This document shows, piece by piece, positions 17,974 through 25,388 of a stretch of DNA of 31,796 nt (position 1 is the stretch's first letter; each line of letters starts with the position of its first letter). Location of the stretch: NCBI GenBank assembly GCA_037441385.1, contig JBBISH010000079.1, positions 1 to 31,796 of the forward strand, written 5' to 3'. The position numbers and the translations under genes are program-made. The DNA is from Myxococcales bacterium. Lineage in GTDB: Bacteria; Myxococcota_A; UBA9042. The notes under the pieces were generated by a model. The model did no database searches. It was not told where the DNA came from and was given only the letters and a program-made list of their open reading frames with translations.

Positions 17974-20013
17974 GTGCCCACCAAGAACCCAGCTACACCC
18001 CGCGTTGCTGCCATCGTCGGCCCCTATCTGGGCGGCAAGACCTCGCTGCTCGAGGCCTTGCTGCTGCAGGCTGGCTCGCTCACCAAGAAGGGTAGCGTCA
18101 AGCAGCGCGACACCGTGGGCGACGCCAGCGCCGAAGCGCGTGCCCGCGGGATGAGCACCGAAGTGTCTGTTGCTACGTGTGAATATCTGGGCGAGACCTG
18201 GACCTTTCTGGACTGCCCCGGTTCCGTGGAGTTCCAGCAGGATGGCTTGAACGCGCTGCAAGTGGCCGATATCGCGATTGTCGTCGTGGAGCCGGATCCG
18301 AACAAGGCCACGACGGTCAGCCCGATGCTCAAGGTGTTGGACCAGCGCAAGATTCCGCACATCCTGTTCATCAACAAGTGCGAGCAGCCCGGCGTGGGTG
18401 GCAAGCTGCCGGAAGTCTTGGCGGCGCTGCAGGCCGTGAGCGACCGGCCGTTGGTGCTCCGCGAAATCCCCATCTCGGAAGGCGAGTCGATCAGCGGCTT
18501 TGTGGACTTGGTCTCGGAGCGCGCTTGGGGCTACAAGCCGCACGCCGACGCCCAGTTGGCCAAGATGCCCGAGTCGATCGTGCCGGCCGAGGGCGATGCC
18601 CGCCGCGAAATGCTGGAGCATCTTGCGGACTTTGATGATCACCTGATGGAAGAGCTGCTGGAAGACGTCACACCGGCCGCGGACGAGGTCTACCAGAACC
18701 TGTCGCGCGACCTGGCGGCCGACCTCATCGTGCCCGTGTTCTTTGGCAGCGCCGAGGAAGACCATGGTATCATGCGCCTTTTCAAGGCATTGCGTCACGA
18801 GGCGCCAAACGTGTCCGCGACCGCGGCGCGCCTGGGGCTGCCCGACGAGCCGGTGGTCGCGCAGGTCTGGAAGACCGTGCACGCCCAGCACGTGGGCAAG
18901 CAGAGCTTTGTGCGCGTGTGGCGCGGCGACGTGATGGACGGCGCGAACTACGGCACCAGCCGCACCAGCGGCATGCTCAAGCTCTTTGGCGCGCAACAGA
19001 GCAAGATCACAAAGGCTTCGGCCGGTGAGATCGTGTCGATGGGCCGCATGGACGACGCCAAGACCGGGCACTGCCTGGCGCCGAACCGCCTCTTGGACGC
19101 GGCGTGGCCGGAGCCCCTGCAGCCCTGCATGAGCTTTGCGCTGCGCGCCGGCAAGCAAGGCGACGACGTGAAGCTGGGCGCCGCCCTGGCGCGCATTTGC
19201 GAAGAAGACGCCTCGCTGCGCTACGAGCAGACGGCCGACACGCACGAGCTGGTTCTGTGGGGCCAGGGCGAAATCCACCTGAAGAACGCCCTGGATCGAC
19301 TGAAGAACCGCTACGCGGTGGATGCCAAGGCCGAGCGCGCCCAGGTTCCGTACAAGGAGACGCTGCGCAAGCCGGTCATCAACCAGCACGGGCGCTACAA
19401 GCACCAGACTGGCGGCCACGGCGCCTTTGGCGACATCTACATCGACATCAAGCCCTTGGACCGCGGCGCTGGCTTCAACTTCAACGAGTGCGTGGTCGGC
19501 GGCGCGGTGCCGCGCAACTTCTTCTCGTCGGTCGAGAACGGCTGCCGCGACTTCTTGAAGCAGGGCCCGCTCGGCTTCGAGCTGGTCGACATCGGCGTGA
19601 CGTTGACGAACGGCAGCTACCACCCTGTGGACTCGAGCGATATGGCCTTCAAGGCCGCCGCGCGCGTGGCGATGACCGAGGGCACGCCGCTCGGCTCGCC
19701 CGTTCTGCTGGAACCGATGGTTGCCATCGAGATTAGCGTGCCCAGCGACTTCACCAGCAAGGCCCAGCGCATGGTGACCGGTCGTCGCGCCGGCCAGATC
19801 CTTGGCTACGACGGCAAAGACGGCTGGAACGGCTGGGACGTGGTCAGCGCGACGTTGCCGCTCAGCGAGATGCAGGACTTCATCCTCGAGCTCCGCTCGC
19901 TCACGATGGGCGTCGGTACGTTCACGTGGAAGTTCTCGCACTTGGCCGAGCTCGACGGGCGCGATGGCGAGGCCGTGGTCAAGGCGCGCAAGGCCGCGAT
20001 CGCCGCGGGATAG
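17974..20013 (+). CDS. Elongation factor G paralog (EF-G2/EFG-II type)
   Basis: Full-length 679 aa. G1 GPYLGGKT, G2 RGMST, G3 DCPGS, G4 NKCE, GQGEIHL, VPYKET, QTGGHG, YHPVDSSDMAF, PVLLEP, ELRSLTMG. Not in a str operon. Confidence 0.92.
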   Translation: MPTKNPATPRVAAIVGPYLGGKTSLLEALLLQAGSLTKKGSVKQRDTVGDASAEARARGMSTEVSVATCEYLGETWTFLDCPGSVEFQQDGLNALQVADIAIVVVEPDPNKATTVSPMLKVLDQRKIPHILFINKCEQPGVGGKLPEVLAALQAVSDRPLVLREIPISEGESISGFVDLVSERAWGYKPHADAQLAKMPESIVPAEGDARREMLEHLADFDDHLMEELLEDVTPAADEVYQNLSRDLAADLIVPVFFGSAEEDHGIMRLFKALRHEAPNVSATAARLGLPDEPVVAQVWKTVHAQHVGKQSFVRVWRGDVMDGANYGTSRTSGMLKLFGAQQSKITKASAGEIVSMGRMDDAKTGHCLAPNRLLDAAWPEPLQPCMSFALRAGKQGDDVKLGAALARICEEDASLRYEQTADTHELVLWGQGEIHLKNALDRLKNRYAVDAKAERAQVPYKETLRKPVINQHGRYKHQTGGHGAFGDIYIDIKPLDRGAGFNFNECVVGGAVPRNFFSSVENGCRDFLKQGPLGFELVDIGVTLTNGSYHPVDSSDMAFKAAARVAMTEGTPLGSPVLLEPMVAIEISVPSDFTSKAQRMVTGRRAGQILGYDGKDGWNGWDVVSATLPLSEMQDFILELRSLTMGVGTFTWKFSHLAELDGRDGEAVVKARKAAIAAG

Positions 20014-20054
20014 CCACGCCGACCCTCCACCCCGCAGCCTGACGACTGCTGCCT

Positions 20055-20107
20055 CCCCACTTGCCAACAGTCCACTGGACTGTCGGCATCGCTTCGCGAC
20101 CGTGGGG
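20055..20107. repeat. Structured extragenic palindromic element (branched hairpin)
   Basis: CCCCAC (20055-60) pairs with GTGGGG (20102-07), enclosing TGCCAACAGTCCA-C-TGGACTGTCGGCA and TCGC-TTC-GCGA hairpins. Confidence 0.5.
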
Positions 20108-20108
20108 T

Positions 20109-20148
20109 CCCCTCCTCCCGACGCGCCGGGAGGAGGGGCGCTTTTCTT
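20109..20148 (+). terminator. Putative intrinsic terminator or REP-like stem after the EF-G paralog
   Basis: Perfect 12-bp stem CCCCTCCTCCCG/CGGGAGGAGGGG with a 6-nt loop, followed by CGCTTTTCTT; lies between convergent genes. Confidence 0.6.
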
Positions 20149-20276
20149 CAGAGATTCAGAGGAATTCGAACGGTGCTCGTTTGGGCCTTGTGGTGGACGG
20201 GCTTGAGGCTCCGCGGCGGGTTCTGGCGGCGGTTGGCAAGTGCGTGTTGAAAATGCCCCCCAAAGGTGCAGAGGGC

Positions 20277-21275
20277 TCACCGCGCCTTGCGCAGCAGCAG
20301 CACGTCCAGCTCGTACTCCACGGTCATGCGCCCGTGCACGGGCAGGCGCCAGGGAATGCGCGGAGCGCGGCGCTCGACGTGCAAGGCCGCGCCCAATCCG
20401 GGGATGACCGCACCGGTGAGCAGGTCGGCCAGGCCGGCGTCCAGGTCATCGCCCGGGATGAAGCGCTCGAGCTGCCGGTTGGGCGGCGTCACTGCGGCTT
20501 GCCAGTTCCAGGGGGCGGCCAACAGCCACACGCCACCTGGGGCCAGCAGCCCCTCGACTTGCTGAATCAGGGCAATCGGGTCAGCCACCGAGTCCACCAG
20601 CCCAACGGACACCACCGCGGCCATGGAACCCGCCGGCCACGGCGGCCGCAGGGCATCGCAGCAAAGCCAATGCGCCCGCTGCAGAATGTTCCGCTGCGAC
20701 TCGCTCAGGCGTGCCGTCGCCCAGCCGAGCCGGGTCGCGGACGCGCGGTAGGGGAGCGGCACGGCGCCCAGTTCGGCCAGCAGCCGGCCCCACACCAGGG
20801 CGGCCAGGTTGGCATCGGCCAGCCAGACGGTCCGACCCGGTTCGATAGCCTTGGCCAAGGCCAGCAGCTCGCCGCCGGGCCCGCAACCCAGCAGCGCGAC
20901 ATCGCCGGCGGGAAGGTCCGCCGGGAGCCAACCCTGCAGCCAACTCAACTCCGCACCGGGCAGAGCGGGCTCGGCGAATTCGCCAAAATGCGCCTGGGCA
21001 TACGTGGTCAGGCCGCCCGCCAGGCTGTGCCGCAGCTCGTCGTCGCCCTCCAACCAGCCCAGCAGGTGGCGCGGATCGGCAAAGAGCGTCGCTACCTCGG
21101 TCGCCAGGCGGTCGCTGAAGGCGGCGTCGCCGTTGACGACCGGTATCTCCGCCGCGCCGACCCCGAACGCGACAAACTTCGCTGCGCAAGCGGGACAGCT
21201 CCATTCCGCTGACAACGCCGCGGCTTGCACGCCGTGCCGGGGCCCGCACGCGGGGCAAAGCAGTGGGGCGCTCAA
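20277..21275 (-). CDS. Class I SAM-dependent methyltransferase with N-terminal CxxC...CxxC Zn-ribbon (Trm112-like)
   Basis: TTG start overlapping the matrixin TGA (TTGA). Motifs LLCPAC...WSCPAC...IPVV, LLGCGPG, CDAL, GLVDSV.DP, LAPGG..LLAAPWNW. Confidence 0.75.
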   Translation of the reverse strand: MSAPLLCPACGPRHGVQAAALSAEWSCPACAAKFVAFGVGAAEIPVVNGDAAFSDRLATEVATLFADPRHLLGWLEGDDELRHSLAGGLTTYAQAHFGEFAEPALPGAELSWLQGWLPADLPAGDVALLGCGPGGELLALAKAIEPGRTVWLADANLAALVWGRLLAELGAVPLPYRASATRLGWATARLSESQRNILQRAHWLCCDALRPPWPAGSMAAVVSVGLVDSVADPIALIQQVEGLLAPGGVWLLAAPWNWQAAVTPPNRQLERFIPGDDLDAGLADLLTGAVIPGLGAALHVERRAPRIPWRLPVHGRMTVEYELDVLLLRKAR

Positions 21276-23539
21276 GGCAGGCGCAGGCGGCGAATGACGA
21301 GCCAAACTCCGCCCACCAAGGCAACCAGCCACCAGCCGGACGACGGGCCCACGGGACTGGCGCTGCAACCACTCGACTTGGGCGTCCCAGCCGCATAGCT
21401 GGTGCCGGTGGCCTTGGGGCCCCCGCCGCCGCTCACACTGGTGTCGGATGTGGTAGCCGCGTCGCTGCCTTCGGGCGCTGGGGCGTCGCCCAAGAAGCAA
21501 GCGCCCAAGGTGGCATACAAGGCGTTGCAGGCGAAACCGGGGCCGCACACCGGCGCCGCTGGGTCGCAGGGCTTGATGCAGTGGAACTCGTTGTTTTGCG
21601 AAACGTCCTTGTCGCAGAACAGCGAGGTGCAGTCCGCGTCGCCCGAGCAGGGGCCGCTGAGCGGAACGTTGCCCGCGCCGGTGCAGTAGCCTTGACGATT
21701 GCCGGCCTCTACGCGGGCGCAGCCTTCGCCTGGGCCGCAGCCCTCGGCCGTGACCACGTCGCAGCCCGCGCGGCACACGTTCTCGATGCACAAGCCGCCG
21801 GGAACGCACTCGGCGGTATCCCCGCAGCCGCTGCCAATCTCGACACAGGCCTGCTTGGCGCCCGCGAGGCACAGGTTGCCGGCCGTAGACGCCTGGCAGA
21901 CCATGCCGCACGGGCAGCTGGCGGCGTCGCCCAAGTCGCACGACTTGCTGCAATATTGCTGTCCATCGGCCAGGACGCACGGGCCGGTGGCGCACTGTTC
22001 GGGGCCCGTGCACGCGCTGCCGGGTGGCATCTTGTCGCTGCCGGGCAGGCACGCCTGCTTGCCGTTGCTTTGTGGGACGCACGCAAAGCCGCTCGGGCAC
22101 GTGAACTTGCCGGTGCACAGCTGGCGGCACACGGCGCCGGTGGAGCCGCCCGTGTCCGAAAGGCAAATGCCCGACACGCACTGACTCCCGGCCGTGCAGG
22201 CCGAGCCGGTGGGCAACAGCTTGGGCGTGGTGTCGGGCACGCACACGCCCACGCCGGCCGATGGCACTTTGGCGCACATCTCGGTCTTGCTGTTGCATTC
22301 CACAGGGTTACTGAGCGTGCACTTGGTGCGGCAGAGGCCCGACACACACATCAGCGACTTGCACTGCGACGAAGCGGTACAACTGTCGCCGGGATTCTTG
22401 GTGGGCGTGGGCTGGGTCTGGCCTTTGATGCACGCGCCCTGGTTGGGCGTGCTCTGGTAGGCATAGCAGGCAAAGCCGCTTGGGCAATCCTGTTGCTGCG
22501 GCGAGCAAGTCTGCGAACAGACGGACGAGTTGCCGTACGGCTGGCAGAACAGCCCCTGTTTGCAGTCGATGTCGTCGGTGCAGGCGCCGCCCAAGGCCGC
22601 TGTGCCCGTGGGGGGTTCCGTGCTGACGCCGCCGGCAAAGACGCAGGCGCCGCTCGAGCAGGTCAGCTTGGCTTCGTAGTACTCGTTGCCGGTCTGGGCG
22701 TTGTTCTGCAAGACGTAGGGGCAGTCGGCATCGCTTGAGCACCCGTACTTGCCTGAGCTGGGGTTCAGGAAGCAAATCGCCTTCTTGTCGTCGGCATTCA
22801 GTGTTGCCGTCGCGCCATAGGGGTCGACTGCGGGCGCCATCGTCGGCGGGTCCGAGTTGCCAAAATAGCCCGGCAGCGCGTGCTGCACACCAAAGAAATG
22901 GCCCTCTTCGTGGATCGCCACGCTCAAGATATCCATCGTGCTGTTGCCGATCTTGTTCGGGTCGGCGAGCCACTTGTAGTTGTAGCCGTTGAACGCGATG
23001 TCGGCCTCAAAGATCGCGCCGTTGTTGTAGAAGATCGGCGAGGTGACACCCAGCACATATTGGCCAAAGCTCCACGAGCTATTCTCGATGAAGACCAACT
23101 CGTTGCGGCCATTGCTGTTGTAACCCATCGGGATGACTTTGACGTTCGCCGACGAGGCGCAGTCGCTGTCTTGGCTACAGCTCGTCTTGTCGATGGTGCA
23201 CTTGCCGGTGCTGGTGTTGCAGAACGCGCCTTCGCTGAACTTCAGGGCGCCGCAAGGGACGGCCATCCAGCCCTGGAAACCGGCGTTCAGTTGGGCCTTG
23301 CAGGTGGCCGGCGGCAGATCCGCCGAGCACGCTGGGTGCAAGTAGTACGTAATGTTGTTGCTCGCCCAGCGCACGATGGTCTTGGAGCCGGCGCTGACCG
23401 TCTCGATCGCAAAGGGCAGCGCCGGTCGCGGCCAGCCAAGGGCCACCAGGGCGAGCAAGCCGACGAGACTCAGCCGGGGCCGCGGCTTGGACCGTGGCGG
23501 CAGGGCGGCGTTGAGCGAAAAGCGGGCGGGGTCGTTCAT
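21272..23539 (-). CDS. Matrixin-family (M10-like) zinc metalloprotease with Cys-rich repeats and MYXO-CTERM sorting signal
   Basis: Signal peptide, EADIAFN, HEEGHFFGVQH, Met-turn PTMAP, L..DD..AIC. Multiple G-x-x-C-x4-C...CP.GF.C repeats. C-terminal SSGCS...WWLVALVGGVWLVIRRLR. Confidence 0.9.
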   Translation of the reverse strand: MNDPARFSLNAALPPRSKPRPRLSLVGLLALVALGWPRPALPFAIETVSAGSKTIVRWASNNITYYLHPACSADLPPATCKAQLNAGFQGWMAVPCGALKFSEGAFCNTSTGKCTIDKTSCSQDSDCASSANVKVIPMGYNSNGRNELVFIENSSWSFGQYVLGVTSPIFYNNGAIFEADIAFNGYNYKWLADPNKIGNSTMDILSVAIHEEGHFFGVQHALPGYFGNSDPPTMAPAVDPYGATATLNADDKKAICFLNPSSGKYGCSSDADCPYVLQNNAQTGNEYYEAKLTCSSGACVFAGGVSTEPPTGTAALGGACTDDIDCKQGLFCQPYGNSSVCSQTCSPQQQDCPSGFACYAYQSTPNQGACIKGQTQPTPTKNPGDSCTASSQCKSLMCVSGLCRTKCTLSNPVECNSKTEMCAKVPSAGVGVCVPDTTPKLLPTGSACTAGSQCVSGICLSDTGGSTGAVCRQLCTGKFTCPSGFACVPQSNGKQACLPGSDKMPPGSACTGPEQCATGPCVLADGQQYCSKSCDLGDAASCPCGMVCQASTAGNLCLAGAKQACVEIGSGCGDTAECVPGGLCIENVCRAGCDVVTAEGCGPGEGCARVEAGNRQGYCTGAGNVPLSGPCSGDADCTSLFCDKDVSQNNEFHCIKPCDPAAPVCGPGFACNALYATLGACFLGDAPAPEGSDAATTSDTSVSGGGGPKATGTSYAAGTPKSSGCSASPVGPSSGWWLVALVGGVWLVIRRLRLP

Positions 23540-23606
23540 GGCTGCGAGTCCAAGTGGGCGCTCATGCGGCGCGCTCTGGCGAGGCAAGCTCGGCGCGTCA
23601 AGTCGG

Positions 23607-24272
23607 CTATTTGACGGTGGCACCCTTGGCAGGCGGTGCGGTGGTGGTCGCCGCCTTCTTGGCTGCTGCCACATAACCTTGTACTTCTGCACGCACTTCG
23701 TCGAGCGAGCGCAGAATGCTGACCGGCTTGCCGGCCGATTCCATGCGGCCAGTGGCGGGGTCCTGGCGGACGAAATTCACGTCGGGCAAGTCGCGCCGCA
23801 CGATGCGGGTGCCATTGCCGCGGGCCTGCACCGTGAATTTGCCCTGCGGTCCGCCCGAAATCACGTAGGATTCGCTGGTCTTCTCCAGGACGACGATGAC
23901 CTCTTCGCCTGCGGTGAACGTGGGCATGCCCGGCACGGCCACCGTAATGCCGTCCGCGGTGGTGCCGCCGACATGCCGCCAGGCAAAAGGCTTTCCGGCC
24001 AACTTGGCGTCGCCTTTCCACACTTCGCGGACGTCCAAAGTGAACTCGGTCCACACGCCGTGCCCGGTCTTGCGCTGATCCAGCACGCGGGTCTTGGCGA
24101 TCGGCCCGTACAGCACCAAATCCGCCGTGGCGACCAGGGCTTTCAGATCGACCTGCAGCACCGTCATCGCCTGTGCCGGCTGCGCCTGCGCCACCAGGGT
24201 GCCTGCCGCTGCGGCCAGGGCCAACACCGCGCCCATCGCCAAACGTCGCCAGCCACGCACGTCGCCACGCAT
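23607..24272 (-). CDS. Secreted hypothetical protein (small beta-rich partner upstream of the matrixin)
   Basis: Signal peptide ending AQA-M, then LKALVATADLVLYG, V.EVWKG, GG....VPGMPTFTAGEEVIVVL, QGKF. Start uncertain (24272 or 24236). Confidence 0.72.
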   Translation of the reverse strand: MRGDVRGWRRLAMGAVLALAAAAGTLVAQAQPAQAMTVLQVDLKALVATADLVLYGPIAKTRVLDQRKTGHGVWTEFTLDVREVWKGDAKLAGKPFAWRHVGGTTADGITVAVPGMPTFTAGEEVIVVLEKTSESYVISGGPQGKFTVQARGNGTRIVRRDLPDVNFVRQDPATGRMESAGKPVSILRSLDEVRAEVQGYVAAAKKAATTTAPPAKGATVK

Positions 24273-24457
24273 CCGGGGTCCACACGCCATGCAACTGCGT
24301 ACCAGGCTCTGCAACACCATGCAACCTCCCGTGATTCTGCGCCTCCACCTAGTCGCGGTGTGGCCCGCATAGCTTAGCAGATGCCGCCGCTGCCGGTCAC
24401 GCAAAAACGCGACGCCAAAGCCGCGGGGAGCGCCGGCGCCCGCATCGGTGGCCGATT

Positions 24458-24486
24458 TCGACATAGAACGGTTTTGGCGGTAGACT
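24458..24486 (+). promoter_or_regulatory. Putative sigma70 promoter giving a leaderless transcript
   Basis: TCGACA-17 bp-TAGACT with ATG 24494 only 7 nt after the -10; no SD. Confidence 0.5.
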
Positions 24487-24493
24487 TCCGCCC

Positions 24494-25375
24494 ATGAACC
24501 TCTTCTCCCTATTGCTTCAAGTTGCTGTCGCTGCCTCTCCTTCTGCCCCGGCGACCCTGCCGCCGCCCGCGGCCGCTCCAGCGGGTGTCCAGGCCGCCGC
24601 TTGCGAGCCCGCCCCGGCTGGCATGGCCTGCATTCCGGGAGGGCCGTTCTACCGCGGCACCGACACGGGGCCCAAGAACGCCCATCCCCTGACCAGCGTA
24701 TGGATGTCCACGTATTACATGGATATCTACGAAGTCACTTACGGCGACTACCTGGCTTGTTCCAAGGCCAAGCAGTGCAAGCGCTCGCACCCGGCCTACA
24801 ACGACTACGACCGCCCCAAGCAGCCGATGGTGGGCATGAGCTGGTACGATGCGGTGCAATTTTGTAAGGCCCAGGGCAAGCACCTGCCCAGCGAAGCCGA
24901 GTGGGAAAAGGCGGCGCGCGGTCCCGATGGCAACACCCACCCGTGGGGCAACGAGCCGGCGGACTGCAAACGTGCCGTGATCATGGACAAAACTGGTCGC
25001 GGCTGTGGCACGCCCAAGCTGCCGCCCAGCCCCGAGAAGGGCCGCACGCTGGAAGTCGGCACGCGGCCCGCCGGCGTCTATGGCCTGTACGATATGAGCG
25101 GCAACGCGTGGGAGTGGGTCGCCGACTGGTACACCACCAGCTTTGCCAAGTGCGGCAAGGACTGCCTGGGCGTGGACCCCAAGGGCCCGTGCGGCGGCAA
25201 AGCAGAGTGCCCCGGCCACGAACAGAAGTTGGTCAAGGGCGGTTCGTGGTACTGGCCGCCGCACATGGCCACGGCGGTCTGGCGGCGTCCGCACTACCCC
25301 GAGAACAAGCCGTACCATCACTTTGGCTTCCGCTGCGCCGCTAGCCTGGCGGAAGTGCGCGCCATGAAGAAGTAG
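24494..25375 (+). CDS. Secreted FGE-sulfatase (SUMF1/EgtB/PvdO) domain protein
   Basis: Signal peptide and Pro/Ala linker. Motifs GMACIPGG, YYMDIYEVT, LPSEAEWEKAARG, HPWG, DMSGNAWEW, KGGSW, FGFRCA. Confidence 0.9.
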   Translation: MNLFSLLLQVAVAASPSAPATLPPPAAAPAGVQAAACEPAPAGMACIPGGPFYRGTDTGPKNAHPLTSVWMSTYYMDIYEVTYGDYLACSKAKQCKRSHPAYNDYDRPKQPMVGMSWYDAVQFCKAQGKHLPSEAEWEKAARGPDGNTHPWGNEPADCKRAVIMDKTGRGCGTPKLPPSPEKGRTLEVGTRPAGVYGLYDMSGNAWEWVADWYTTSFAKCGKDCLGVDPKGPCGGKAECPGHEQKLVKGGSWYWPPHMATAVWRRPHYPENKPYHHFGFRCAASLAEVRAMKK

Positions 25376-25388
25376 CAGTCATTTTCTA

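Noticed and set aside
20277..25375. Split ovothiol/ergothioneine pathway (methyltransferase + FGE-domain protein)
   Set aside because: The FGE protein is secreted, divergently transcribed, and lacks the DinB-like HxxxH iron-binding domain required for OvoA/EgtB.
24494..25375. Second FGE gene as a DGR template or an active formylglycine-generating enzyme
   Set aside because: Similarity to the first FGE domain is only at conserved motifs, not adenine-specific, and the catalytic CxxxxC is absent.
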